Shown in pieces: positions 1 through 11,040 of a stretch of DNA of 64,000 nucleotides. Position numbers and translations under genes: made by a program. The notes under the pieces were generated by a model, which did not search any database, was not told the origin of the DNA, and saw only the letters and a program-made list of their open reading frames with translations. The DNA is from Pavona decussata (lineage: Eukaryota). Location of the stretch: assembly GCA_977016875.1 (NCBI GenBank), contig CDRNST010000196.1, forward strand, positions 2,046,001 to 2,110,000, given 5' to 3'. Position 1 is the stretch's first letter. Each line of letters begins with the position of its first letter.

Positions 1-500
1 TGCTTGTTATCGTAAAGTGGAAAATCTTGTCCAACCAAACTAATATAATATTTCCAGTTAACTGGTGGCTGTAACAGCTCCTCCATACAATTGATCTGAG
101 CTTGAACTACTGAAAAATGTCCCCAGATAACGTTAGCGCTCTTTGCTGGGATGAACACATTTGGCAGACAGCGTATCATAGCTTTTATGGCTATACGGAA
201 ATCCTCTGACGCTTTCTTGTCGATGTGAATGCAGTAAACATTGTTAGGCATATAGATAGCTTGGAGAATTCGCTCAAACAGACGTGCACCCTTGTATATT
301 GTAAAAGCATAAGCAATTGGCAGCTGCATCTCTTCTTTTGTGACAGGAGGGTGACCAAAACGAGCCTGTAGAACATGGGCGCACTCCTGATCTGGCTTGT
401 AGATGTCAAGGATTTCCGAGTGATCATTTCCTGGGACAAAAGTTCTGTTCAGTTTTTCTTCGCCAGATATAAGCCTTTTGCATCGTTTCCACTCTGTCTC
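1..500 (-). CDS. GT14 / core-2 (I-branching) beta-1,6-GlcNAc-transferase catalytic exon, copy A; runs off the window start
   Basis: Manual translation from 500 downward is open: ETEWKRCKRLISGEEK...PIAYAFTIYK...YCIHIDKKA...WKYYISLVGQDFPLYDNK. Ungapped inverted match to 39820-40319. Same acceptor ttgtcgttttatttccggaAG as copy B. Absent from the ORF track because there is no stop inside the window. Confidence 0.85.
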
Positions 501-878
501 CTTCCGGAAATAAAACGACAAGTAAGTCCAATTTAGGTCAACTCGCTTCGCGAGAATATTTTCGAAGACAAGAAGCAGGCACCAAGGTAAACAGTACATG
601 AACTGTTGATGTAATCTACGATCAGGCTTTCTTTTTGTCGGGGAGCGCGAAAGTGTGGCAGCGCGAGAGTCGGCGGCCGGGAGAACGAAGAAAATAACAC
701 GCCTAATACAATCATTGTACGAGTCTTCTGCCGCCTGTCCAGAATCTGAACTCTTGTCTATAATTGGTCCAAAAACAAAAGATTCTTTGAGTCATGTTCC
801 AATTGGTTACATGATTGTATGTTTGAACACAGGTAGCCCAAGCTCTATGGACATTTATAAGACCTTCGTTTAACCTTT

Positions 879-880
<2 letters not shown>

Positions 881-925
<45 letters not shown>

Positions 926-2036
926 GACTTTATTAACAGCATTTCCACAGAGTGGCTCTTCATCCGCTAATATCTAACTAAAATTAATTACAACTAAGAC
1001 AAATTTAAGAAAAACGGTGTTAAAATGAATAAGAAAATATATGTTCTAAACGCTAAATGAAAATCAATCACAGTCTGGACCTGGCTTTATCTTGTAGCAA
1101 TTTCTTTGTCTCCTTAAAAAATAAAACTGGATCCTTGCAGTTTCTTAAAGAAAGGGGAAGGTTAATAAATAAATTAGCAGCTTCATCTTGAAACGTATTG
1201 GCGATCATTGATCTTTGGAGCTGTATACCCTTGCTGGAGCGTAAGTTTCGATTACTCTCGCAAGTCTCTCGTCTCAAATAATTTGGCCAGTCTGAGCTGT
1301 ATAGACTCTTGTGTGTACGTTTAAGAATATGCCATTCGCGCTGTTCAGTCACCGGTAACCAATTCAAGTTCAGGAAATCAAGCGTTGTTGCATATTTACC
1401 ATCGACAAAGCTTGCAGCTGCCTTTTTTTACTCTATGAAGACGTGCTGTTAAATATTCCGGTAGCGAGTGATAAAGAATGTCATCATAATATAATTTCGA
1501 TAGAACAAGTGCTTGGGCAAGGTTCTTCCTAATATGAAAAGGCAGCAGGATTTTGACCTTCCGAAGCATTGCTAGTGTGGCGTAGCAAAAGGTACAAATG
1601 TACTTAACATTGTCTTCCCATTTCAGATGTTGATTAATGTACGTTCCCAAGAGTTTAGCACTAGGAACACGTTCAATGTTCTCGTTATTTAGTGCGATCT
1701 TCATATTTAAGTCTTCCAAGGCACGAGCAGATGACAATTGTTTTGTAGACAAGACCATCATTTTGGTTTTTGGTGGATTAATTACTAAATTTGCATTTCT
1801 AGACCACTCCTCAAGATTATATAAGTTTTTGTTTAAGTCACGTTTACAACTTTCGAGGTTTGTTGGCTTGCAGTGCACATACAATGTTGTATCATCCGCG
1901 TATTGGTGACATTGCATGTTAACGTGGGCATGAAGATCTGCGACGTAGAGGTTGAATATAGAGGTCCCATAATCGATAACTGTGGCACTCCAAAGTTAAC
2001 TCTACTGCGGTCAGATGTTTTATCGTCTATTTTATC
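881..2036 (-). mobile_element. 5'-truncated CR1/L2-type LINE fragment (RT C-terminal part) with (TTA)n tail
   Basis: GVPQLSIMGPL, HQYADDTTLY, LVINPPKTKMM and SAKLLGTYINQHLKW RT motifs in ORFs 1833-2045 and 1396-1917. (TAA)n at 880-923. Absent at the equivalent arm-B site (~36960). Confidence 0.9.
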
Positions 2037-2243
2037 TAACGTCACGTAATTTGGGTGTCACGATGAGTTTTACGCAATGGGGAAAATTATAAGGTTTTGT
2101 ATGGGAATTTACGAAAGTGTTTTCGCAGTCGAAAATAAAGGGCATCAGAATTGAACAAAAATGGCTTACCTTGTCTCCCCAATGTATTGCCAGTGTCTGT
2201 GTGCCATATTTTGGCCATATCAGCGCCATTCAGAAGGTTTAAG

Positions 2244-5200
2244 GAGGGCCCTGAAGGGGTTAAATAAGAACTGGGATTTGCCGTTTTTTGGACTGGGAAA
2301 ATGGGATTTACTCAGTGCACTGAGACTTGGAATTAACCACTGAGACAGGGATAGACAATTTCAAAAAAATGGGAATGGGATTTCTCTTCTTTAGCGGTAT
2401 CCGACTCTGTTATTTGACAAAACTGCCCAAATGGGCCTATTTCTTTAATAGAGAAATAAAATTTAGTCTCTATAAGTAAACCTCAGGCTCCGCACCGCAT
2501 ACCGCATGCCGCATACCAGGCTCCACACGATCACGTAATGAAGTCCTCTCAGTTTTACTGCTCAGCGGTTAGTTGTAGATGGAATGGCATGCGCAAATTT
2601 GAACACGCGCGGGGCATATCTTCAGAGCAGAAAAACGTTCCGGGCGCAAGTGAACTGAAAACGCTGCCGTTCGATTCTGTTGTATTGTTGAACAGTGGAG
2701 TTTGTGATAAAAAAAAATTACCACCTATGTTTTGTCCAAGTTCATCGAATATGCTATAAAATCGGACCGTGTACAACAACCGTGTTTGTCAAGAACGTAA
2801 ACTAGACTTGCGGTACAGGTTCCGGTACATGACTATAAACACAGCAAAGGGACACTTCTGGTAACTATTCTACCCGAGCTTCATCTCTATTTAATTCTCT
2901 ATGTTCCTCGTTACAAGATAAATCATATTTGGCCTCAGCACAACTGAAATTGAAATAAAATTATATTTAAAAATTTGCAGCTGGTCAACCTCNNNNNNNN
3001 NNNNNNNNNNNNNNNNNNNNNNNNNNNNNNNNNNNNNNNNNNNNNNNNNNNNNNNNNNNNNNNNNNNNNNNNNNNNNNNNNNNNNNNNNNNNNNNNNNNN
3101 NNNNNNNNNNNNNNNNNNNNNNTTGTCAAATACTTGTGAATTGTTCGTGGCTAGTCCGACGCGGCGTTTCGTCTCGGCCAAGAGACTCTTCAGAGACCTT
3201 TAGAATTTGTAGGCAAACAAAATTGCGCGACGAGTGAATGATGGTGAGAGTGCAACCACGGAAGGCTTTGTGAAACAAATTCAAAATCCCAGCTTAGCAC
3301 AGTGACAAAAGGGATTATTTAGGAAGTTACCTTAACTAAAGAAACTTTTCTTGCCTTCAGTTGACCTGTGCAGAGAAATTCTGTTACACATCAGTTGTGT
3401 AATTGACCTGAGCCTACTAGATAGATGTACACACACCGTGTCAAAAACAAACTTTTTTATTGTGTTTATTATGACCAACTATTAGCTAATTACACTGGAC
3501 CGCAAGTAACGAAAGCTAATCGAGGCGGGCAGTGAAAGTCAAAAAGAAATATGCAATATATTGAAGAGACATAAACTAAACTAAAGGAAACAAAGCAGTG
3601 CAATATATTAAGAGATCGAAAGTAACGCATCGATCGCATGAAATTGCTCCCTCGACACTGATAATTAGATCCTTGCGAAAAAATTAAAAATCAACTCTGG
3701 CAAAAAATTATATAGTCGGTCCGGGATATCTGCGGTAGCATAGTAAATTGTTGAAAATAAGAAAATTAAAATTGCCATTTTTGAAACTTTGGGTGCCCTT
3801 CGCTCACGCAGAGTTCGCGCATGCTTTTTGCGTTTTTCCGCTCTGAAGGGAGATCAAAATGGCGTCCGATTCTGGAAATGTTTCGCGTACTATGGTAATC
3901 GAAATCAAGTATTTTTCAGCAAACAATAGAGTAATCCACACAGAAAATTGTAAATTTATTTTGAGCTTGAACTGCAGCCCGAGAGAATTGCAGAATTGTG
4001 GAATCGAAGATTCTACTGCGAAGAGGGGATTAGCGGACCATGCATTACATTGAACCAGGTAACCCAAAAAAAGCGCTATTCGTCCTGCGAACTAATGAGC
4101 AAATCGAAATGCTTAGAGAGAGTAAATCACGTTCCTCGTTCATACGAGTAATCCAGCGAGTGCCGTCTTTTCAAAACGGAACAATAAGCATCCTGTTTGA
4201 GAGGTCATCGTTTTCAACCTTAGACTTAGTGGTTGCAACTCCTACCTGCACGAGTAACACAGCCAATGACTTTGGTAAAACACCCAGGAAGCCAACAAAA
4301 ACCACTAGAACGACAAGTGGGAACGAGTTGCCTCAAAATTATGAGAGACTCGAGGAGTTTCTTGAAAAAACAGACGATGTGAGACTGGGAGAAGATGGTA
4401 AAAGCATGAAAATGTTTGCTTGGCGGCAAAAATCAAAAACTAGATGAGAGTAAGAGATCAAGCAGTGGCTATCTAAAGTATTTCAGGCGTGTGAATGTGT
4501 GCTTTGCAAGGGTAACTGAAGAAGCTGTAGGTTCAAAGACACGGAGAATTGACGAGTTTTATGGTTCTGTGGAAAAGCGACCAAGGGTAGCCCCCCCCCC
4601 CCCCCCCCCCCCACCTGATGCTGACAGTGTGGTCAATGTGGAACAGAAGACAGTGCCTTAAAGTGACACTAATACACCAGAAGAAGTGATTGACACAGTA
4701 AAAAATGAGTGAGTATTTGTGTCTTGCATGGTCATTCCTGCGCAATAATTTTTAAAGGCTTCACTGTTCTTCACAACTAATATAGTACTCTACCCAGGAG
4801 AGAACAATCTGTGTGATCATGATGAATTACTCAAACTGGAGCTGACTTGAGTTATCGTTGATAATTTGTTAAGGTTTTTCTTGAAACTAGCAGTATGGAC
4901 TCTGTAGGAGTTCAGAGACATTTTGTAAATGTATTTCTGTCTTTCTGTTAAATATTTTCATCAATATTTGGAAACATGACAAGTGAAGGAATAAATGTTA
5001 TATCAGAAGACTCTCTAATTGGAAGTCCATTACACAGATTATAATATGCTTCCTATATGTGTTGAACAAGCTGATGAAGTTGCTTTTACATCAGCAAACT
5101 TATTAAACGAGGGAAAGTACCAAAACAAGAAAATTTCTATAAGTACGTCAACGGAGTCCTACAGGTGTAAGTGACCCCTTCAGAATATTGATGGGATCCT

Positions 5201-8200
5201 GAAATCATTGAGTTTTTTAAACTCTCAAATGGCTAGGTGGCCAGAGTACTGTTAATATGATACGAGGTCCAATATTGCATGGAGTGGGAAGAGGGGTGTG
5301 TTCACCCCAGATACAATGAAACCAAACTTAGGTGGGCCTTCAGACAGAACTTCGACAAAACACAGTAATGGGTACACAACAGAGAGTGGGATCATAAACC
5401 CATTACTTATACAATTTTATGATCTTGCTCTAAAATCTAATTCTGTAATCATTGACAGCCAGATAGTCACAGTTCTCAGCGTGCATGCAGAGAAGGATGG
5501 AACGGCACTGAAACCTAGTTTGCAGTTTGGCCCAACCCAAAGAAAGAAGTTGGTCTAGCATGTCTGGCAACGTTGGCATAAATTACGTCAAGGCCCACAA
5601 AGATCCTACTCCTGAACTGACTAGTCATTGCAATTGAAAGCACAATATTGCTACTGAGGCTACGGTTACGGTACTAACTAATTCACCCAAAGCATCAACT
5701 TTAGCAGTGGGGGTTGGATATCACAGCCAACAAGGTAAACGGCAAACACGTTGACCAAGAAGCTTGTTCAAGAGGTTACACAATTACAAAGCTGCATGGC
5801 CTGCCTAGAAAAAAATGCTTCCATAGTGGAAACTGACTGCAGTGAATCCAGTTTTTGCATAGCATATAAAGAACTACAGTCAGTTTGTAAAGGATATGGG
5901 GTTGTTAGCCAAGTGAGTCACCTGACACGCTTAAGGGCTTGCATCAAAAGAACGTCAAGTACACAAAATGTCTTGTACTCACTTGAAGTGTGGATTGCAA
6001 ATCTGGAACCCGGAAATGGCCGACATTTGCAGCGACGAAGACAACTAAAATGTAACTTACTTAGTTGTGGTACCCTATACTGTTCACTTTGGCAAGACAT
6101 ACAAATGTTCTTGGAGCAACTGGTTTCTTATTCTCGATGAAAGGTGACAGAAGCAGTCTTGCAACTCTAAGAATGCTGCGAAACGACACCGATCCTTCAG
6201 GAAGTAAGACACTTCACAAGCTGTTACTCGCTGAATCAGTGCGAAACAAGGACAGGATGGCAATTGAACTTCTGCTGGAGCTAACTAATTAGCAGTTGTT
6301 AAACTTTCTAAAGTCAAGGGCAGAATCTTCCTCACAATGAACATTTTTCCAGATAGGAACAGAAGTAATGATTCAAATAAAACAGGACTTTACAACCATT
6401 CCTTTGCTATATGCACCGCTAGCACGGGAGAGCTTCTCTTCCTTAACTGGAACCCAACGACCAGCAGATCTGACCTTGTTCAGCTACGCCTTCACAGTCC
6501 AGCTGAGACAGCTGTATTGGAGAGGGGTATTCAAACCACCGGCATAAGTCTGTGTTACATGAATTGTATCGCACTGTCTTGCGGACAACAAGGAATCCTA
6601 TTTCGTGACATTGAAGGTAAGTTATACTCAAATACTGACAACGTTTTTACCTCTAAGATCGTCTTAAGATCAAGCACTTTGATATCTGTAGGTGCTGCGT
6701 ATTTTACGACACGCGTACTGTCCAGTGTGTAAATAATTTTACCTTTAGGTAGAACAAGGGTGAAACCTTCACAATTCAGAACCAAAGCCGCTGCTGCATA
6801 GTTTATCCAACAGCACATAGATTCCCATTGTGATGCCAAGCATCATAGTCTTAAATCTCTGCAGGAAAAGATCCAGAGTTATCTTGAAATCAAGAAAAAC
6901 ACCCACAAAATGCAAGGTTCCCTGGGCATTGTAGCTTTTGACGACAACGTTCGGTTCTCGTCAATATGTCTTAGAAACGGTGACATGTTAATTGGTGCAT
7001 CCAACTCTGCAGCAAGGACTATTTACTCTATCAAAACTGATTTTGACGGAGTAGCTGTTCTTGGATCGTTGAATGTAATGTGTAGCTATGCCGACGGTTG
7101 GATAAATGTTGGTTCCTTGATACTGTCATGGGACTAACTTGCTGTTTGTACGGATGGTGTTCTTTATGTATTTGTTCCATCACAAGGTGTAACAAGAATC
7201 GTAAGAGGGAGTGATGGCCTACCCATATCATCACGAGCAGTGAATTTTGCATAATTAACTTGGTAAGGATATTTTGCTCTATGAAGAGCACTCCGTTAAA
7301 CTCTTTGAATTTGGGGCACGGTTGTTGTGGTTGCAGAACACGATAAAGGCCATAGTGATGACTCACAATCACATTCGAAAACTGTGCAAACCGTTGGGGA
7401 TCTGCGTTGAATTTGATCGCAACATTTATGTGGCACACTCTGGTTCTGGTACCGTCAAACTAATCAATAGCAGAGTTTCTTAATCGGATAGTAATAAGTC
7501 CTGGTCAAGGCTTTTAACATTCATTCAAAAAAGAGCACCTTTAGAGGTCCACGAAGGTCAGTTAGTGAACCAGCTTTGATGGTGGATGAGGTGCTGGAGT
7601 ACGTCAAGTCTTGCTCGCGCAGAAGGCAAGGGAAGTACAGTCCTTGACGAGAGAAACCACAGACGGCCCGGAGAGTATTTTATCATATAAGTGTTTGAAG
7701 TCATTGGAACTGATGACACAGTCGCTCCGCAAGGAAGAAAACAATATCAAAGATTTGTCTTCATATCCAGGGTTTCGCGATGAACTTGAACTTGGAATCA
7801 CTGCTGACATTAAATGTTGACAACCAACATGCAGTCACTCATTTTAAGAAGGAAACATTTACTCTCTACGAATATGCAAAGATGTTTGGTTCATCCGTTA
7901 AAGAAGGAGTAAAGAGAGTGACAGCATAGTCTGCAACATTATTACATACTTCCCAACTCTTACTACCCTGTTGAAACTTCTGCTGTAGGCCAGTTGGTCC
8001 GTGTTGAAATTCCCAAGCCAGTTGGAGAAAGATTGTGTAGAAATGACGAAGCTGAGATGAGATTGTGGGCAAAACAATACAGCAAATGCGTAAGGCACCG
8101 TAGTCTAACAAGACAGCACCATGGACCGAGCTGGAACACTGCCTTTGAATTTGTACGAAATACAGTCATCGCTTAATCATTGTATTTGCAGTTTGTATTT

Positions 8201-8631
8201 TTTCATGAGCAAATCACGGTGCCGGGTAAAGTGCAGAAAGTCCAGAAAGTGAGTCTGATAAACCGCCTGTGGAGGTGCTCGCCTTCACTTATCAACGTGA
8301 CTACTACAGCGGCAGCGAAAGTCAAGACAGTGAGTGGGATGAGGATGGTGCAGATGGAAGAAGTGGTTTCATTCAGTATGGTTATGCCAACAAGGGTTGG
8401 GAGAGAAAGAGTGCTCACGAGCAAAATATATTTTCTTCAGTCCAGGTACGTGAAGGTACGTGTATCCAAACGGCATCAATCAGTGCTTACAAGTTTGCAA
8501 CAAGCACTGAGTATGGAATTTCAGCTTTGGTAACTGGGATTAGGACCAACCTTAGGCTGGGAACTGGGATTTGGACCAAAATTAGGCGGGAAAATGAGAT
8601 ACGGTATCCTCTCCCCCCATTTAGGACCCCC
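2244..8631 (+). mobile_element. 6.4 kb TIR DNA transposon with a decayed large transposase-like gene (P-like motifs plus NHL-like repeats), copy A
   Basis: Ends gagggccctgaagggg / cccccatttaggaccccc. It interrupts the foldback arm cleanly. Frameshifted coding remnants 3859-~8450 include DGTALKPSLQF, VRNKDRMA, KPLGICVEFDRNIYVAHSG and LLTLNVDNQHAVTHFK. Confidence 0.65.
2993..3122. other. Assembly gap (130 N)
   Basis: Run of N. Confidence 1.
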
Positions 8632-9102
8632 TTTTTTAGGTGCGCATTTTTCCTCTCTATATATAACCCCAAAAGGTCGGTCACTGGCAGCGCGAGGCTC
8701 AGCAGATCTCTGAATAAAAAAATAGCCGTAAAATCGCCCCATAAGCCCAAATCGTCTTGAAATTCGACATAGAGCTTGCACCATAGCTCCTTTAAGCGCT
8801 CGCTTCCTTCATCGGACGAAAACGTCCGCGGAACGGTAATTTCACCCAGCAAAACTCAATACGCTTTTTTCTATCGCTGAACTTCGCAACATGCTTTATT
8901 CCTATGTTCCGTGCACCGACGGTTGGAAAAGTGCTGTCCCACCAGAGTATTTAAGTGATTTGAGCTTAAAGGCCGGGCTGCTAAGGCGCTTTCCCAACCG
9001 TCGGTGCACGGAACGTACGAATAAAGCATGTTGCCAAAGTCTGCGATGGAAAAAAGCGTCTTGAGTTTTGGCAAATGAAATTCCCTTTCTGCGGACGTTT
9101 AC

Positions 9103-9679
9103 CCCGGGGGGGGCACTTGACCCATATTTGAGTGTAGGGGTGCCGCTGGGGGCTTGAAACCCTGACCCTGTTTAGGACGAAAATAACCTTAAATCCCTAC
9201 CCTGTGTAGGACAATGTCCTCAATTTTAAGACCCTATTTAGGACAGAGGACAACATCTAGCTCTTGTGTTACACAAGTGTTTATTGGCAATAGTAATAAC
9301 ATTTAAAGGCCGACTGTCACTTACCGGACGTGATTTTCCACGCATTGAAACGCGAATACCAATTACAACCGATAAAATAATACACTTCCTAGAAGTGATG
9401 GCGAAAAATCCCAAAATTTCGCATTAACAGCGGTGAACCTTAAGTGGAAACTCAATTGACGTGAAGCATTGTTCACTAAAATAAATGCAGACTAACGTCT
9501 CTGATTTCGGATTGCCAAATACTCGACGACAGTCTTGCAACGATACCCTGTCTAGGACGGGTCCGGGACAGACTCGCTTGAAATTATATACCCTGTTCAG
9601 GACAGAGGGGCCAAAAACCATACCCTATCCAGCGGCACGTCCCCGTATAGCCCATATAGGGGAGTACCCCCCCCCCGGG
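9103..9679. mobile_element. MITE with CCCGGGGG termini and 8-bp TSD
   Basis: cccggggggg...ccccccggg, flanked by ACGTTTAC (9095-9102 and 9680-9687). Empty site in arm B at ~26340-26350. Related fragments at ~38880-39190 and ~43376-43530. Confidence 0.85.
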
Positions 9680-10363
9680 ACGTTTACGTCCGATGAAGGA
9701 AGCGAGTGGTTAAAGGAGCTATGGTGTGAGCTCTATGTCGAATTTCGAGACGATTGGAGTTTTGGAAGAGAATTAACGGCTATTTTATTATTGGGACATC
9801 TGCCGAGCCTCGCGCTGCCACTGACCAACCTTTTGGGGATATCACTGAGTATAGGGAGGAAAACAGCGAACCTAAAACTCACTGAATCTGGCTAAAACGG
9901 TCAAAACACGGCACACAAACACTTGCAAGACATCAAGGAGACAAGGTTAACCATTTTTTTTTTCAATTCAAGCCCTCTATTTTCGACTCGAAAACACGTT
10001 CGTAAATTCTCATACATACCCTTATAATTTACGCCATTGCGTAACACTCATCGTGACACTCAAATTACAACGTGACGTTACAAAGGTTAAAAACGCCCAT
10101 AGAGCTTGGGCTACCTTTCTACCGGTGTAATTTCAAGACAAGAAGGTATTTTGGCGGCCGGCGAGTGAGGCGAGGGATTGATTGATTGATTGATTGTTTA
10201 TTTTACCCATATTTAAAATCATTTACAATGTGAGATGTGACAAAATAAGATAACTATTAGGGAGGGAAACTGAAGAAACCCTTGCAGGCTTTTACAAGGC
10301 AGTCCCCCTATTTACAACGCATAACTTTCAAATTAATAAATAGGTATCGTACATTGCTTTTCA

Positions 10364-10857
10364 ATGGTCAAGGAAGATGCTAACACCGATTTTTCCGCTG
10401 CGCTTACTTCGTCTCTTGAAGACTTCATCCACAAATCATAAAAGGATGAGCAGACAGATTGCATCCGAATGATCGTTTGCCTAGAAGAAGATCTTTTTAT
10501 CCGTACTTCCAAGTGGATTTGGCAAGAGTGTCATATATCAGTTGATTCCAAAAGTGATGAAAAATTGCAACTTCTAGCGGTTTCAAAACATCTGTTCTTG
10601 TAGTGAGCCCCCTCGAGTACATACGAAAACAAATCGAAAATATTAAAAAAGATTGTGGAGTCACTGCTGCCACAATTGGTGAATCTGTCGAGATCAACTG
10701 GAGACGGAATGCAGACAGGGAAAGTCGAGATTGTTTACGGAAGTGCTGAACACTGGCTGAGTGATCGATGGGGAAAGGCGTTACGGTGTGGCAATCTTCC
10801 GGCAGGGTGAAGACGAACGTTTTGGTAGTCGATGAAGTTCACAGAGTAGCAATCTGG
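10364..10857 (+). pseudogene. RecQ-like SF2 helicase N-terminal remnant (AcademH-type)
   Basis: KDEQTDCIRMIV, VLPSGFGKSVIYQLIP (motif I), VLVVSPLEYI (Ia), EIVYGSAEHWL and LVVDEVH (motif II), then a GTAAGT donor. Contains a stop and frameshifts. Confidence 0.85.
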
Positions 10858-11040
10858 TAAGTTTAATACAGCATGATAATGTCGACATTCCAGCTAAAGT
10901 TTTTCACGCTCGCGTGGAATGAAGCTAAAGCATTTAAGGACGATGCCAACTTTTGTTACTGCGCATACGTTCTGCGCATCTCGAGATACTCGGGTTTCCT
11001 ATGAGAGGTGCCTACTAATACAGGGATAATTTGCGTCTTA

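Larger units (their letters stand above)
831..10116. mobile_element. Foldback (palindromic) MITE of roughly 1.2 kb, split by three later insertions
   Basis: Ends aggtagcccaagctctatgg (831) and ccatagagcttgggctacct (10097-10116) are exact inverses. Segments 2037-2243 plus 8632-8930 are inverse to 8985-9100 plus 9680-10090. Centre is near 8940-8980. Confidence 0.75.

Noticed and set aside
712-963. Poly-Leu ORF (and the poly-Ile ORF at 23927-24172)
   Set aside because: Translations of (TAA)n / (ATT)n retroelement tails.
4591-4612. C22 tract encoding poly-Pro / possible G-quadruplex
   Set aside because: Arm B has only a short G run at the equivalent site (~35884-35892). This is slippage in a dead transposase gene.
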